Below, piece after piece: positions 40,018 through 48,139 of a stretch of DNA of 64,000 nucleotides (its first letter is position 1; each line of letters starts with the position of its first letter). The translations under genes and the position numbers were made by a program. The DNA comes from a virus. The notes under the pieces were generated by a model. It was not told where the DNA came from. It saw only the letters and a list, made by a program, of their open reading frames with translations, and did no database searches. The stretch lies in IMG/VR virus record IMGVR_UViG_3300003690_000002, positions 32,001-96,000 of that record. One strand, written 5' to 3'.

Positions 40018-40682
40018 TTCTTTTTAAAGCTCCTATATTTAATTCTAATCTTGTTAAGATTATTAACCACTTGTTTTGTGTTTAAACCAGTGATCTCTCT
40101 TATGTATAGGTAAATAGCTTTTTTATTAAAAATTTCGATATTCTCAGAGTTCTCAAAAAGTATTTTTACAGCCTCTAAAACCTTTTTTTCATTCTCTTTA
40201 AGTTTTTCCTGTTCCCAAATTTTTACTTCTTCCCACAAGAAACTCCAAAACTCTTTTTCGTCTCTTAGTTCGTAATAATTATTATGGACAACCATGTGCT
40301 CAAGTTCTAGATTTTTTTTAAGATCGCTATATTGAATCTCTCTTCTGTGCCTCATTGCATTCTTCTTAATTTTATGAATAAACCAATTTTTTGTTACAAC
40401 GCTAAAATAAGAAAATGCTTTAGAGCCTTTATTTGGATCATATTTATTCAATATCGTCGTAAGCCATGTTTTACACTCTTCTTTAAGAAGATCTATATTG
40501 GGGAGATTAGTAAATTTATAAGTATAAACAATTTTATCAACCAGTTCGCTGAAAGCCGGTCTTATATATGTAATATATAACTCCGTCCTCGTTTTTAAAT
40601 CGTCGGTTGCCATATATTGAATTATGGCATTTTCATGTACTTTTGTAAAATAGTGGTTACTTGTTCTCCTTCGCCTAATCAT
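40002..40682 (-). CDS. phage sigma-factor-like protein (putative late transcription factor)
   Basis: ILNKYDPNKGSKAFSYFSVVTKNWFI resembles sigma region 2 (FDPxKG..FSxY). ATG at 40682; the track uses TTG at 40685. Confidence 0.65.
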   Translation of the reverse strand: MIRRRRTSNHYFTKVHENAIIQYMATDDLKTRTELYITYIRPAFSELVDKIVYTYKFTNLPNIDLLKEECKTWLTTILNKYDPNKGSKAFSYFSVVTKNWFIHKIKKNAMRHRREIQYSDLKKNLELEHMVVHNNYYELRDEKEFWSFLWEEVKIWEQEKLKENEKKVLEAVKILFENSENIEIFNKKAIYLYIREITGLNTKQVVNNLNKIRIKYRSFKKKWDDV

Positions 40683-40992
40683 CAATTATATCCTCTTCTT
40701 CCAGATCCATTTCTCTTTCAAGCTCTTCTTCTGAATCGACTATTGCATACATATTCCTGTGGGATTTAATTTCTTTGACAACGGCTCTTGAATGCTCTAG
40801 AAGTTTTTTTAATGTTTGATCACCATAAAATGTCTGCATGTTATAAATTTTATCTATATGTGATGAATATTCGTCCAACATTTCAAGTAATTCATCTATA
40901 TTGTCAGAAATATATAAAAGCCTTTTGAGTAGCTGTGCTATGCACCATATTAAAAATATATTAAATATTATCAAAATTGTTAAAATAATCAT
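40675..40992 (-). CDS. hypothetical membrane-anchored protein
   Basis: N-terminal hydrophobic stretch IILTILIIFNIFLIWCIAQLL followed by a coiled-coil-like, acidic tail. Confidence 0.55.
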   Translation of the reverse strand: MIILTILIIFNIFLIWCIAQLLKRLLYISDNIDELLEMLDEYSSHIDKIYNMQTFYGDQTLKKLLEHSRAVVKEIKSHRNMYAIVDSEEELEREMDLEEEDIIDD

Positions 40993-41237
40993 TCTTCAAT
41001 CTTCCGTTTTTTAAAATTTTCTTTTTCTTTCTTGATTTCTTTTTTTGCATCTTCAATAAACGAATTGACAATCTTACCCGCTTTTTTCTGATTGTTAATA
41101 ATTGTAAAATTACTTAATAATCTCATTAAACTATTGGAAGATTTACAATCTGGACAATCTTTTAATTTTTCTTTTATGGAGTGTTTTATTTTAATCGAAG
41201 CATTACATAACTTACACTCATAACTATAGATTGGCAT
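40989..41237 (-). CDS. FmdB-family zinc-ribbon protein
   Basis: Re-called start at ATG 41237: MPIYSYECKLCNASIKIKHSIKEKLKDCPDCKS, i.e. MPxYxYxCxxC...CPxC. Confidence 0.8.
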   Translation of the reverse strand: MPIYSYECKLCNASIKIKHSIKEKLKDCPDCKSSNSLMRLLSNFTIINNQKKAGKIVNSFIEDAKKEIKKEKENFKKRKIEE

Positions 41238-41499
41238 TTTTTTCTGACTGTCCTCCAATGCTCGTGTCTGCTGTTGGATTATCTGTAGATGTTGATAATT
41301 TTTCTTCAAAATCTTTATCAAATTTAACAATAGGAGGATTCATTATTACCAAACCTTCTTCAGAGAGTTTAAACTTGAATCCTTTCAAAGTTAGAACAAT
41401 ATCGCTCTGCTCCATCAAACTTTTTTGAAGCGCTAACATCAACGCGCCGACTGCTTGATCTGTCATATACATATCTTTTGTCATTTTAATCTCCTTCAT
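41224..41499 (-). CDS. hypothetical protein
   Basis: 91 aa; 4-nt overlap with the upstream dehydrogenase gene. No family recognised. Confidence 0.55.
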   Translation of the reverse strand: MKEIKMTKDMYMTDQAVGALMLALQKSLMEQSDIVLTLKGFKFKLSEEGLVIMNPPIVKFDKDFEEKLSTSTDNPTADTSIGGQSEKNANL

Positions 41500-42353
41500 T
41501 TATTTGTCGTACTTATCGCACGACCTTTAAGTTTTTCCCAATCTTTTTCTGGGCGGACTTCTAAATTTTTATACCATATAGCCCTAAGCACAATTGGGTC
41601 AATATTTAAGCTTTCTGCAGTTTTAATTAATGCATTTAAATCTTTTGGGAAACAAGAACCGCCGAAACCAGCTTTTCCATCTGGACCTGGTACTGAAAAG
41701 TGGGTTTTACCTAGTCTTTTATCGTATAAACTATATTCTATAACTTTATCATAATCTATGTTAACTTTTTCACATATTTGTTTGATTTCATTAGAAAAGC
41801 TTACTTTCAGAGCAAGAAAACAATTTGTAAAGTATTTTACCATTTCTGCAGTATCAGATCCGGTTTTAATTAAAACAGTTTCTGGAAAGATCTTTCGATA
41901 CAAATTTTTAACTTTTGTTGAAGCCGGTCGGGGTCCGCCGATTACAATTCTTGTTTGGTTTTTAAAATCATTAATAAAGTTTGCTTCTGTTAAAAACTCT
42001 GGGTTAAATACAATTTGAATATTTTTGCATTCTCTATTCAAATTTTGTGTTGTTCCTGGTGGCACAGTCGACTTAATAATCACAACATGATTTGCTCTTT
42101 GTGTTTCGGATACTTTATCTATTTCATATACAGCTTCTTTAACAATAGACAAATCACAAGAACCATCTTCTCTCATAGGAGTCGGCAAGCAAATAAAAAC
42201 TATATTAACTTTCTTGCAAAGCTCTTCTAATGAATTGCATGTAGAGTGTTTAAACTTATCATAAGTTTCTACTTCTAATTTTTCTTTAAATCCCTCTTTG
42301 ATAGCAGTTCCAACAAAGCCTTGCCCAACAATCCCAATATTTTTAAAATTCAT
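41496..42353 (-). CDS. ugd: UDP-glucose/GDP-mannose 6-dehydrogenase family (short form)
   Basis: IGIVGQGFVG Rossmann motif, ICLPTP, IKSTVPPGTT, FNPEFL, KYFTN, and catalytic GFGGSCFPKD. Ends at 285 aa, lacking the usual C-terminal domain. Confidence 0.85.
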   Translation of the reverse strand: MNFKNIGIVGQGFVGTAIKEGFKEKLEVETYDKFKHSTCNSLEELCKKVNIVFICLPTPMREDGSCDLSIVKEAVYEIDKVSETQRANHVVIIKSTVPPGTTQNLNRECKNIQIVFNPEFLTEANFINDFKNQTRIVIGGPRPASTKVKNLYRKIFPETVLIKTGSDTAEMVKYFTNCFLALKVSFSNEIKQICEKVNIDYDKVIEYSLYDKRLGKTHFSVPGPDGKAGFGGSCFPKDLNALIKTAESLNIDPIVLRAIWYKNLEVRPEKDWEKLKGRAISTTNK

Positions 42354-43224
42354 TTTTTAATCTCTTAAAACACTCATTGATCCCTTCAATTATATTCACT
42401 TTAGGTTTCCATCCTAACTCTCTCAATGGCAGTGTATTGGCTTGTGTATATAATACGTCGCCTTTACGCTCTTCTATATATTGAAATTTTACTTCTGGAA
42501 AATGAGTTAAAACAATATTTTTAATTTCATTTAGAGAAATATTTGAACCTGTCCCTACATCAAAATGTTCGCCACAAAAATTTTCTTCGTGTTCCATGGC
42601 AAATATATTTGCAAAAACAACGTCCTTTATGTGAGCCATATCTCTTCTTTGTTCTCCAGTTCCAGTAATATAAAGACAATAATTATTTCTAATACATGCC
42701 ATAAAATTTGCTATAGCTGTTGGATATGCTCCCTCTGCTTGTTGATCAGGAGAGTAAACATTAAAATACCGCAAAGAAACCGTATCTAGTTGATATAATT
42801 CAGAATATAGTTTACATTCCATTTCAGATATTAATTTTTGTAGCCCATATGGACTATTTGGTCCTTTCCCATTCCCAACGACAGATGATGATCCTGAATA
42901 TATCACTCTTTTTGCCCCAACTTTTTTAGCAAAATTTAAAACATAACTTGTTGTTAAAACATTATTTTGCATTGTAGATACAGGGTTTTCAATACTATAT
43001 GGAACTCTTGGGATGCATGCTAGGTGAAAAACATATTCTGGTTTAAACTCCCAGTAATGTGGGTGAAATCTGCCACTACCGTCACTATATTCCTTGAGGT
43101 CTTTGAGAATATCATGATCCTCCTTGAGATCAATTCCCTGCACTTCGTGCCCTAATTCTTTTAATTTTTTATATAGATGTGAACCTATGTAACCTTTATG
43201 ACCGGTTACTAAACATTTTGTCAT
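42343..43224 (-). CDS. NAD-dependent NDP-sugar epimerase/dehydratase
   Basis: LVTGHKGYIG, HLAC.PRV..S...P, SSSVVG, PYGLQK (YxxxK), LRYFNVY, GTGEQRRD. Confidence 0.9.
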   Translation of the reverse strand: MTKCLVTGHKGYIGSHLYKKLKELGHEVQGIDLKEDHDILKDLKEYSDGSGRFHPHYWEFKPEYVFHLACIPRVPYSIENPVSTMQNNVLTTSYVLNFAKKVGAKRVIYSGSSSVVGNGKGPNSPYGLQKLISEMECKLYSELYQLDTVSLRYFNVYSPDQQAEGAYPTAIANFMACIRNNYCLYITGTGEQRRDMAHIKDVVFANIFAMEHEENFCGEHFDVGTGSNISLNEIKNIVLTHFPEVKFQYIEERKGDVLYTQANTLPLRELGWKPKVNIIEGINECFKRLKNEF

Positions 43225-43231
43225 GTTTGCC

Positions 43232-43594
43232 TCACTTTAAAATTTCATTTATATCATAAATATAATCATTTTTATCAAAATTTGTTGAACATAGGACCAA
43301 AAGAACATCATCTCCAGTCATATACTCTTGTTCGCCCCAAACCATTTGATCCATGAATATGCAATCGCCTATTTTTAAAATCTTTTCTTCTTCAAGATCT
43401 TTTCCTGTTAATTTAACTCGCACTTGTCCCTTGACACAAATTAAATATTGTTGATCCTGCCTGTGTCCGTGATTTCCTCTGACTTCGCCTTGTGGTACAC
43501 CATAAATGAAATACATTCTCTTTGGTTGAAATTTTAAATCTTTAAACTCAACGTAACTTAAAGCTCCTCTATCTTCTATGTGATGTGATAACAT
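43232..43594 (-). CDS. fdtA: FdtA/QdtA-family cupin, dTDP-4-oxo-6-deoxyhexose 3,4-ketoisomerase
   Basis: DRGALSYVE...PKRMYFIYGVP..EVRGNHGH...LLVLCSTNFDKNDYI. Confidence 0.85.
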   Translation of the reverse strand: MLSHHIEDRGALSYVEFKDLKFQPKRMYFIYGVPQGEVRGNHGHRQDQQYLICVKGQVRVKLTGKDLEEEKILKIGDCIFMDQMVWGEQEYMTGDDVLLVLCSTNFDKNDYIYDINEILK

Positions 43595-44507
43595 ATGGCT
43601 TTATCTCCTTGATTATATATTCAATTTCTTTGTTGGTAAGTTTTTCGTGATAGGGTATACTTACTGTTGTTTTATTCTCAAATTCAGATTTTTCAAGACT
43701 CGCATTTTCAACTTTATAACAGTCCATTAAATGTAATGCATTATAATGTATACCGCACTGCACTCCAATTCCTTTCATAAGTTTTAAAAAATTATTATTA
43801 TTTTCCACATTGATTCTATATAAATGCTCACTTGTATTATTTAACTCAAAAGCTAAATTATATCTCTCACGCATTTCTTTAAGTCGATCCATTTTGTTAG
43901 ATAGTTTTTTAAAGTTTTCATTCGCAATAAAAGCCTGGATTGAATTCATATATAATTTCCATCCTGGTAAAATTATTTTTCTTTCCCAACTATTTTCCTC
44001 TAAAGAAATTCCATTTCGAGATAATACTCTCAATTGATCAATTTTGTTTTTATCGTTTGATACTACCATGCCGCCGTCAGAGCTGCCTACTGGTTTTGTG
44101 GGATAAAAACTGAAAATCATTATGTCTTTATCATTGGCTTGTTGTGCAAACTGATCTTTGCATAGCTGTTGTGCAGAATCAATAATTTTATAATCTTCAA
44201 ATCTATGTAAAATATAAGAATTTCCTACCCAGCCTATATCATCTTTATAATTAATTTTATTTCCTGAACATAGAATCGCATTCGCCACCACAGGAGGTAA
44301 AATGCTCGGTATCGTAATGGTAATATCTTTTTGTTCGAATAAAGAAAGAAAAATTGCACTAGTTGCGCTATTCAATGAACATGCATATTTTGCCCCAACA
44401 AAATTAGCGATCTTGTTTTCAAATTCTGTAACCACCTCATCGTGTAAAAGCGGTTGGAATTGTGAAGTATCTACTACATAATCATTAATATGCATTAATT
44501 TAATCAT
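43569..44507 (-). CDS. DegT/DnrJ/EryC1/StrS-family PLP sugar aminotransferase (FdtB-like)
   Basis: FENKIANFVGAKYACSLNSATSAI, IIDSAQ, FSFYPTKPVGSSDGGMV (PLP lysine), GWKLYM. Confidence 0.85.
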   Translation of the reverse strand: MIKLMHINDYVVDTSQFQPLLHDEVVTEFENKIANFVGAKYACSLNSATSAIFLSLFEQKDITITIPSILPPVVANAILCSGNKINYKDDIGWVGNSYILHRFEDYKIIDSAQQLCKDQFAQQANDKDIMIFSFYPTKPVGSSDGGMVVSNDKNKIDQLRVLSRNGISLEENSWERKIILPGWKLYMNSIQAFIANENFKKLSNKMDRLKEMRERYNLAFELNNTSEHLYRINVENNNNFLKLMKGIGVQCGIHYNALHLMDCYKVENASLEKSEFENKTTVSIPYHEKLTNKEIEYIIKEIKPYVITSHRR

Positions 44508-44815
44508 TTTTCACCTTTAGTATTGAAAAATATTTCAGAATTTATTGCTTTATCACAAATAAAATAATCGTAATGTGGTTTGCCTACCCGAACATCGTGA
44601 TATTTCACGCCCCAAGCACGAAGTTGAGCTTTAGTTAAAGAAAGCCAATTTATTCCTGTTACCGAGCCCCTTGCCGTCCAATATATAATGGTCTCACCCT
44701 CATCATATAGTTTGTTTATTTTCTTAATATTGTCTTTTAACGGCATAGCCTTTTTATAATCTCCATCTGTGTTCATACATATGGTACCATCAATGTCAAT
44801 ATAATAAATTTTCAC
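44504..44815 (-). CDS. small capless HAD-superfamily phosphatase
   Basis: Motif I YIDIDGTIC, motif II WTARG, motif III GKP, motif IV ICDKA, within 103 aa. Confidence 0.8.
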   Translation of the reverse strand: MKIYYIDIDGTICMNTDGDYKKAMPLKDNIKKINKLYDEGETIIYWTARGSVTGINWLSLTKAQLRAWGVKYHDVRVGKPHYDYFICDKAINSEIFFNTKGEK

Positions 44816-45666
44816 TAATATCCTCTAAGCTTCTTTCTAATTATTAATTCGCTTTTTGTTACTTTTTTTTCATCACTTCCAAGTATTATATCAATATCTT
44901 TAACTCTTTTATAGAGCATATCCATGGCTATAACTTCCAAACTAGCCCTTTGATCAGTTCCCCACATATTATGTGATAAAGTAATGTGTCTTTCAATTAC
45001 TTTCGCGCCTAACACAGCTGCTATAACTGTGGGTTCTAAATCCTGTTCGTGTCCTGAATATCCAATAACACATCCGTATCTTTTTTTAAGAAATGGAATA
45101 ATTCTTAAATTTAATTCCTTTTTTGGAGTTGGGTAGCTTGAATTTGTATGCATAATTACTGGATTCTTACCTGACTTCATAACTGTATTGACGGCAATAT
45201 CAACCTCTTCTAAAGTAGACATTCCAGTTGACATTATAATTGGCTTATTTGTTCTCGCTGTCTCTATTAATAATTCGGTATTTGTTATTAGTGCCGAGGG
45301 AATTTTTATAAATGGTACGTTGTAATTCATAATAAACTCAAGACTATCCAAATCCCACACAGAGGCTGTCCAGTCAATGGGTTTTTCTAAACAATATTGA
45401 TTTATAGTACTATATGCTTTGTAACCAAATTCAATTTTATGTTTATAATCTATGTAAGCCATGGTACCCCAAGGCGTTTCTCGTAATTTATTTTTTTGAT
45501 GGTTTGGTACGCATATGTCTGGATTACGCTTTTGAAATTTGGCACAATCCCAATTACATGCTGAAACTGCGTCAATAAGTTTTTTTGTCACTTGCATATC
45601 CCCATTGTGATTGATTCCAATTTCTCCAATAAAATATGGATATTTAAGATTTTCAAAATCTACCAT
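44815..45666 (-). CDS. neuB: NeuB-family nonulosonate (sialic-acid-like) synthase, no C-terminal SAF domain
   Basis: FIGEIGINHNGD, AKFQKRNP, IKIPS, IMSTGMST, HTNSSYP, GYSGHE, IERHITL. Start re-called at ATG 45666 with GGAGG SD. Confidence 0.92.
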   Translation of the reverse strand: MVDFENLKYPYFIGEIGINHNGDMQVTKKLIDAVSACNWDCAKFQKRNPDICVPNHQKNKLRETPWGTMAYIDYKHKIEFGYKAYSTINQYCLEKPIDWTASVWDLDSLEFIMNYNVPFIKIPSALITNTELLIETARTNKPIIMSTGMSTLEEVDIAVNTVMKSGKNPVIMHTNSSYPTPKKELNLRIIPFLKKRYGCVIGYSGHEQDLEPTVIAAVLGAKVIERHITLSHNMWGTDQRASLEVIAMDMLYKRVKDIDIILGSDEKKVTKSELIIRKKLRGY

Positions 45667-46355
45667 ATCGTCCAACCTCCATCTATATTGAATACAGCTC
45701 CAGTCGCGTATGATGAACTATCAGAGCACAAGTATTCGATCATTCCGTTTAGTTCATTAATTTTCATCATACGCTTCAAAGGAGTTTTGCTCTTATAAAG
45801 ATCAATAAATTTTTTACTTTGTTCTGTTGATGGTTTAAAAGTTACCCCACCTGGCGCAATACAATTAACTCTAATATTGGGTGCCAAGTGTACAGCTAAA
45901 TATCTTGTTAATTGAACTACTCCAGACTTTGAAACGCAATATCCAATATGTTTTTCTTTTCCTTCCTCATATAAGGCGGGGTTTGGTGAAACAACTCCAT
46001 AAATTGAAGAAAAATTTATAATAGAACCGCTTTTGTTGTTTCTGGCAAATTCGCGACATACCGAAAATAAACTTAACAAATTTACCTGTAAATAAGAATT
46101 GAGTGAATCTAGTGTTATATCAAATAAATTTGTTGAGTCATCTGCAGCATCAATATGTGGATTTAAAGCATATAAGTTGATTAAATAATCGGCTCTGTTG
46201 TCTTTAAAAAATCTTTTTACAAACCCTTCATCAGTTAAATCATGTCCTAGTTGAAGATCGCAGTGAATTACTTCATATCCTTTAGAAATTAAATAAGAAG
46301 AAGTTTCAGTTCCTATTAGCCCTTCTGAACCAGTTATAATAACTTTCTTATTCAC
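45660..46355 (-). CDS. short-chain dehydrogenase/reductase (PtmA-like type found in nonulosonate loci)
   Basis: IITGSEGLIG, INFSSIYG, YCVSK (YxxxK), IRVNCIAPGG, IDGGWTIW. GTG start. Confidence 0.85.
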   Translation of the reverse strand: MNKKVIITGSEGLIGTETSSYLISKGYEVIHCDLQLGHDLTDEGFVKRFFKDNRADYLINLYALNPHIDAADDSTNLFDITLDSLNSYLQVNLLSLFSVCREFARNNKSGSIINFSSIYGVVSPNPALYEEGKEKHIGYCVSKSGVVQLTRYLAVHLAPNIRVNCIAPGGVTFKPSTEQSKKFIDLYKSKTPLKRMMKINELNGMIEYLCSDSSSYATGAVFNIDGGWTIW

Positions 46356-47358
46356 TTGAAGTTCCTAACATTGCGCCTGAAAGGCTTACCTGCGAGCAAT
46401 CTTTAGCCCATTCTCTAAGTTGTTTAACAAAATCAACACCAATATTGTCTGACCAAGTATTACATATTTTTTGAGTAATTGTACCCATAGGGTTTTCTTT
46501 AACGATATCATTAAAATACTCACCATTTAGTCTATTACATGGCAATAAATTAATAAAACTACTAGTAAACATTGCTTCATCACAATCCATGACGTCATAT
46601 GGTTCAAAATTTTTATATACCACTTCTAAATTAATCTGTGGTGCTAAAACTTCAAGCACATACATCATGCTCGAACCCCTGAGCATATTTCTTAATTCGG
46701 GAACTATTAATTTCTCATTCTTTACCATCAAAAAGTTCGCACCAGTGCTTTCTGTGATAAATCCATCTTCGTCGAGCAAAAGAGGCATAGCATCTTTTCC
46801 AAATGTCTTTGTTTGTAAATTTGCCATCTGGTAATGTAACCTACTCCTATTTTTTACCTTGTTTTCTAAAAGTCGCGATGGTATTTGTCTTTGTGATGGT
46901 ATAACAGCATTCGCTCCTGTGTCGTAAAAATGCCCTAAAGATCCAGCAGTTTTATTCAATGGCCATACATTTATAATCCAAGTTGGATCACTCCACGCTT
47001 CTCCTTTTTGTAATTCAAAAACTTCTTTATAAATGGGCAGAGGACCTCTAGAAACATTAATTAAAATACGGCATTCTTCCCCTAAAGAAAAGTGCTCGAT
47101 ATTGCGCTGGAGCGTCTCTTGGCATAAATTATAAACTTCTTTTTTTGATTTTGTAATTGGTATTTGCAAATATCTCATACTTCTAAAAAGTCTATCGATG
47201 TGTTCATCTAAGAGAAAAAATTTATTATTAAAAGTTCTTGCCATTTCAAAAACAGCATCTCCAAACATAAATTGTGAATCGTATATGTGAATCGAAGCTT
47301 TAGATTCGGGCACCCACTCTCCAGAGTGATATGTTACTCTTTCTTTTTTACTGGACAT
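46348..47358 (-). CDS. PLP fold-type IV aminotransferase (BCAT/D-AAT family)
   Basis: FMFGDAVFEMART, HIDRLFRSMRYL, NKVKNRSR (PLP lysine region), LLLDEDGFITESTGANF, DEAMFTSS. Start re-called at ATG 47358 with GGAG SD. Confidence 0.85.
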   Translation of the reverse strand: MSSKKERVTYHSGEWVPESKASIHIYDSQFMFGDAVFEMARTFNNKFFLLDEHIDRLFRSMRYLQIPITKSKKEVYNLCQETLQRNIEHFSLGEECRILINVSRGPLPIYKEVFELQKGEAWSDPTWIINVWPLNKTAGSLGHFYDTGANAVIPSQRQIPSRLLENKVKNRSRLHYQMANLQTKTFGKDAMPLLLDEDGFITESTGANFLMVKNEKLIVPELRNMLRGSSMMYVLEVLAPQINLEVVYKNFEPYDVMDCDEAMFTSSFINLLPCNRLNGEYFNDIVKENPMGTITQKICNTWSDNIGVDFVKQLREWAKDCSQVSLSGAMLGTSSE

Positions 47359-47367
47359 ATGCATCTC

Positions 47368-48129
47368 CTAAATTAATCGCTTGTTGAGCTTATTTTGATT
47401 ATCTAAATAATCTTGATGTTTGTGCCTATTAATTAATGCAATCTCTGGTTGCTCATCTATAAGCCTAATCACATCCATTAAAGAGAAATTATAATTTCCC
47501 ATATTATAAAAATATTCAGAAATAGTAGTAAAGAATTTTAAATCCTCTTCGTAATCTAAAGTTGCTCTAATTTCTGGTCTGTTATATTCTTTTGGTACAT
47601 TTTTAAGTAATTTTGTTTTAAACATTTTCATACTTGAAAGAGTAAGCCATGCCGCTTCTGTATCATTAGTGTTTTTAAGCTCGCACACTTTTTTAATCGT
47701 ATCAGTCTTTACACCAAACGTAAATGCTCCACAAATCATATTTTTCTCATCTATTCTAACAAAATCATGTAATTCTCTTTCATATTGTTCAAAGGCTAAA
47801 TCTATTAATTCTGGTTCGCAAAATAAATCGTCGCCGTCAATGTTGACAAAATAATCAATATTATATTGTAAGGCGGCTTTTAGCCATCTATCAAGCTTGT
47901 CTTCTAAGCTTCCTTGAAAAAAATCAATATGATGAGCTTTAGCAATTTCACAAAGTACCCTATCTTCATCCATAGCGCTAGTACATAAAATTATTTTATT
48001 TGTTTTGTTAGATTTTTTAGCTCGCTCTATACAAAATTCAATTGTTTTCTTGCCACAAATTGTTCTAAGTGCTTTATTTGGAAGCCTGGTTGAACCTGTT
48101 CGAACTGTAATAAATATTCCTTTTGTCAT
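47368..48129 (-). CDS. ulosonate cytidylyltransferase (SpsF/PseF/NeuA/KdsB family)
   Basis: ITVRTGSTRLPNKAL, FQGSLEDKLDR, VNIDGDDLF, RATLDYEED. Start re-called at ATG 48129 with GGAGG SD. Confidence 0.88.
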   Translation of the reverse strand: MTKGIFITVRTGSTRLPNKALRTICGKKTIEFCIERAKKSNKTNKIILCTSAMDEDRVLCEIAKAHHIDFFQGSLEDKLDRWLKAALQYNIDYFVNIDGDDLFCEPELIDLAFEQYERELHDFVRIDEKNMICGAFTFGVKTDTIKKVCELKNTNDTEAAWLTLSSMKMFKTKLLKNVPKEYNRPEIRATLDYEEDLKFFTTISEYFYNMGNYNFSLMDVIRLIDEQPEIALINRHKHQDYLDNQNKLNKRLI

Positions 48130-48139
48130 AAAGCCTCCA

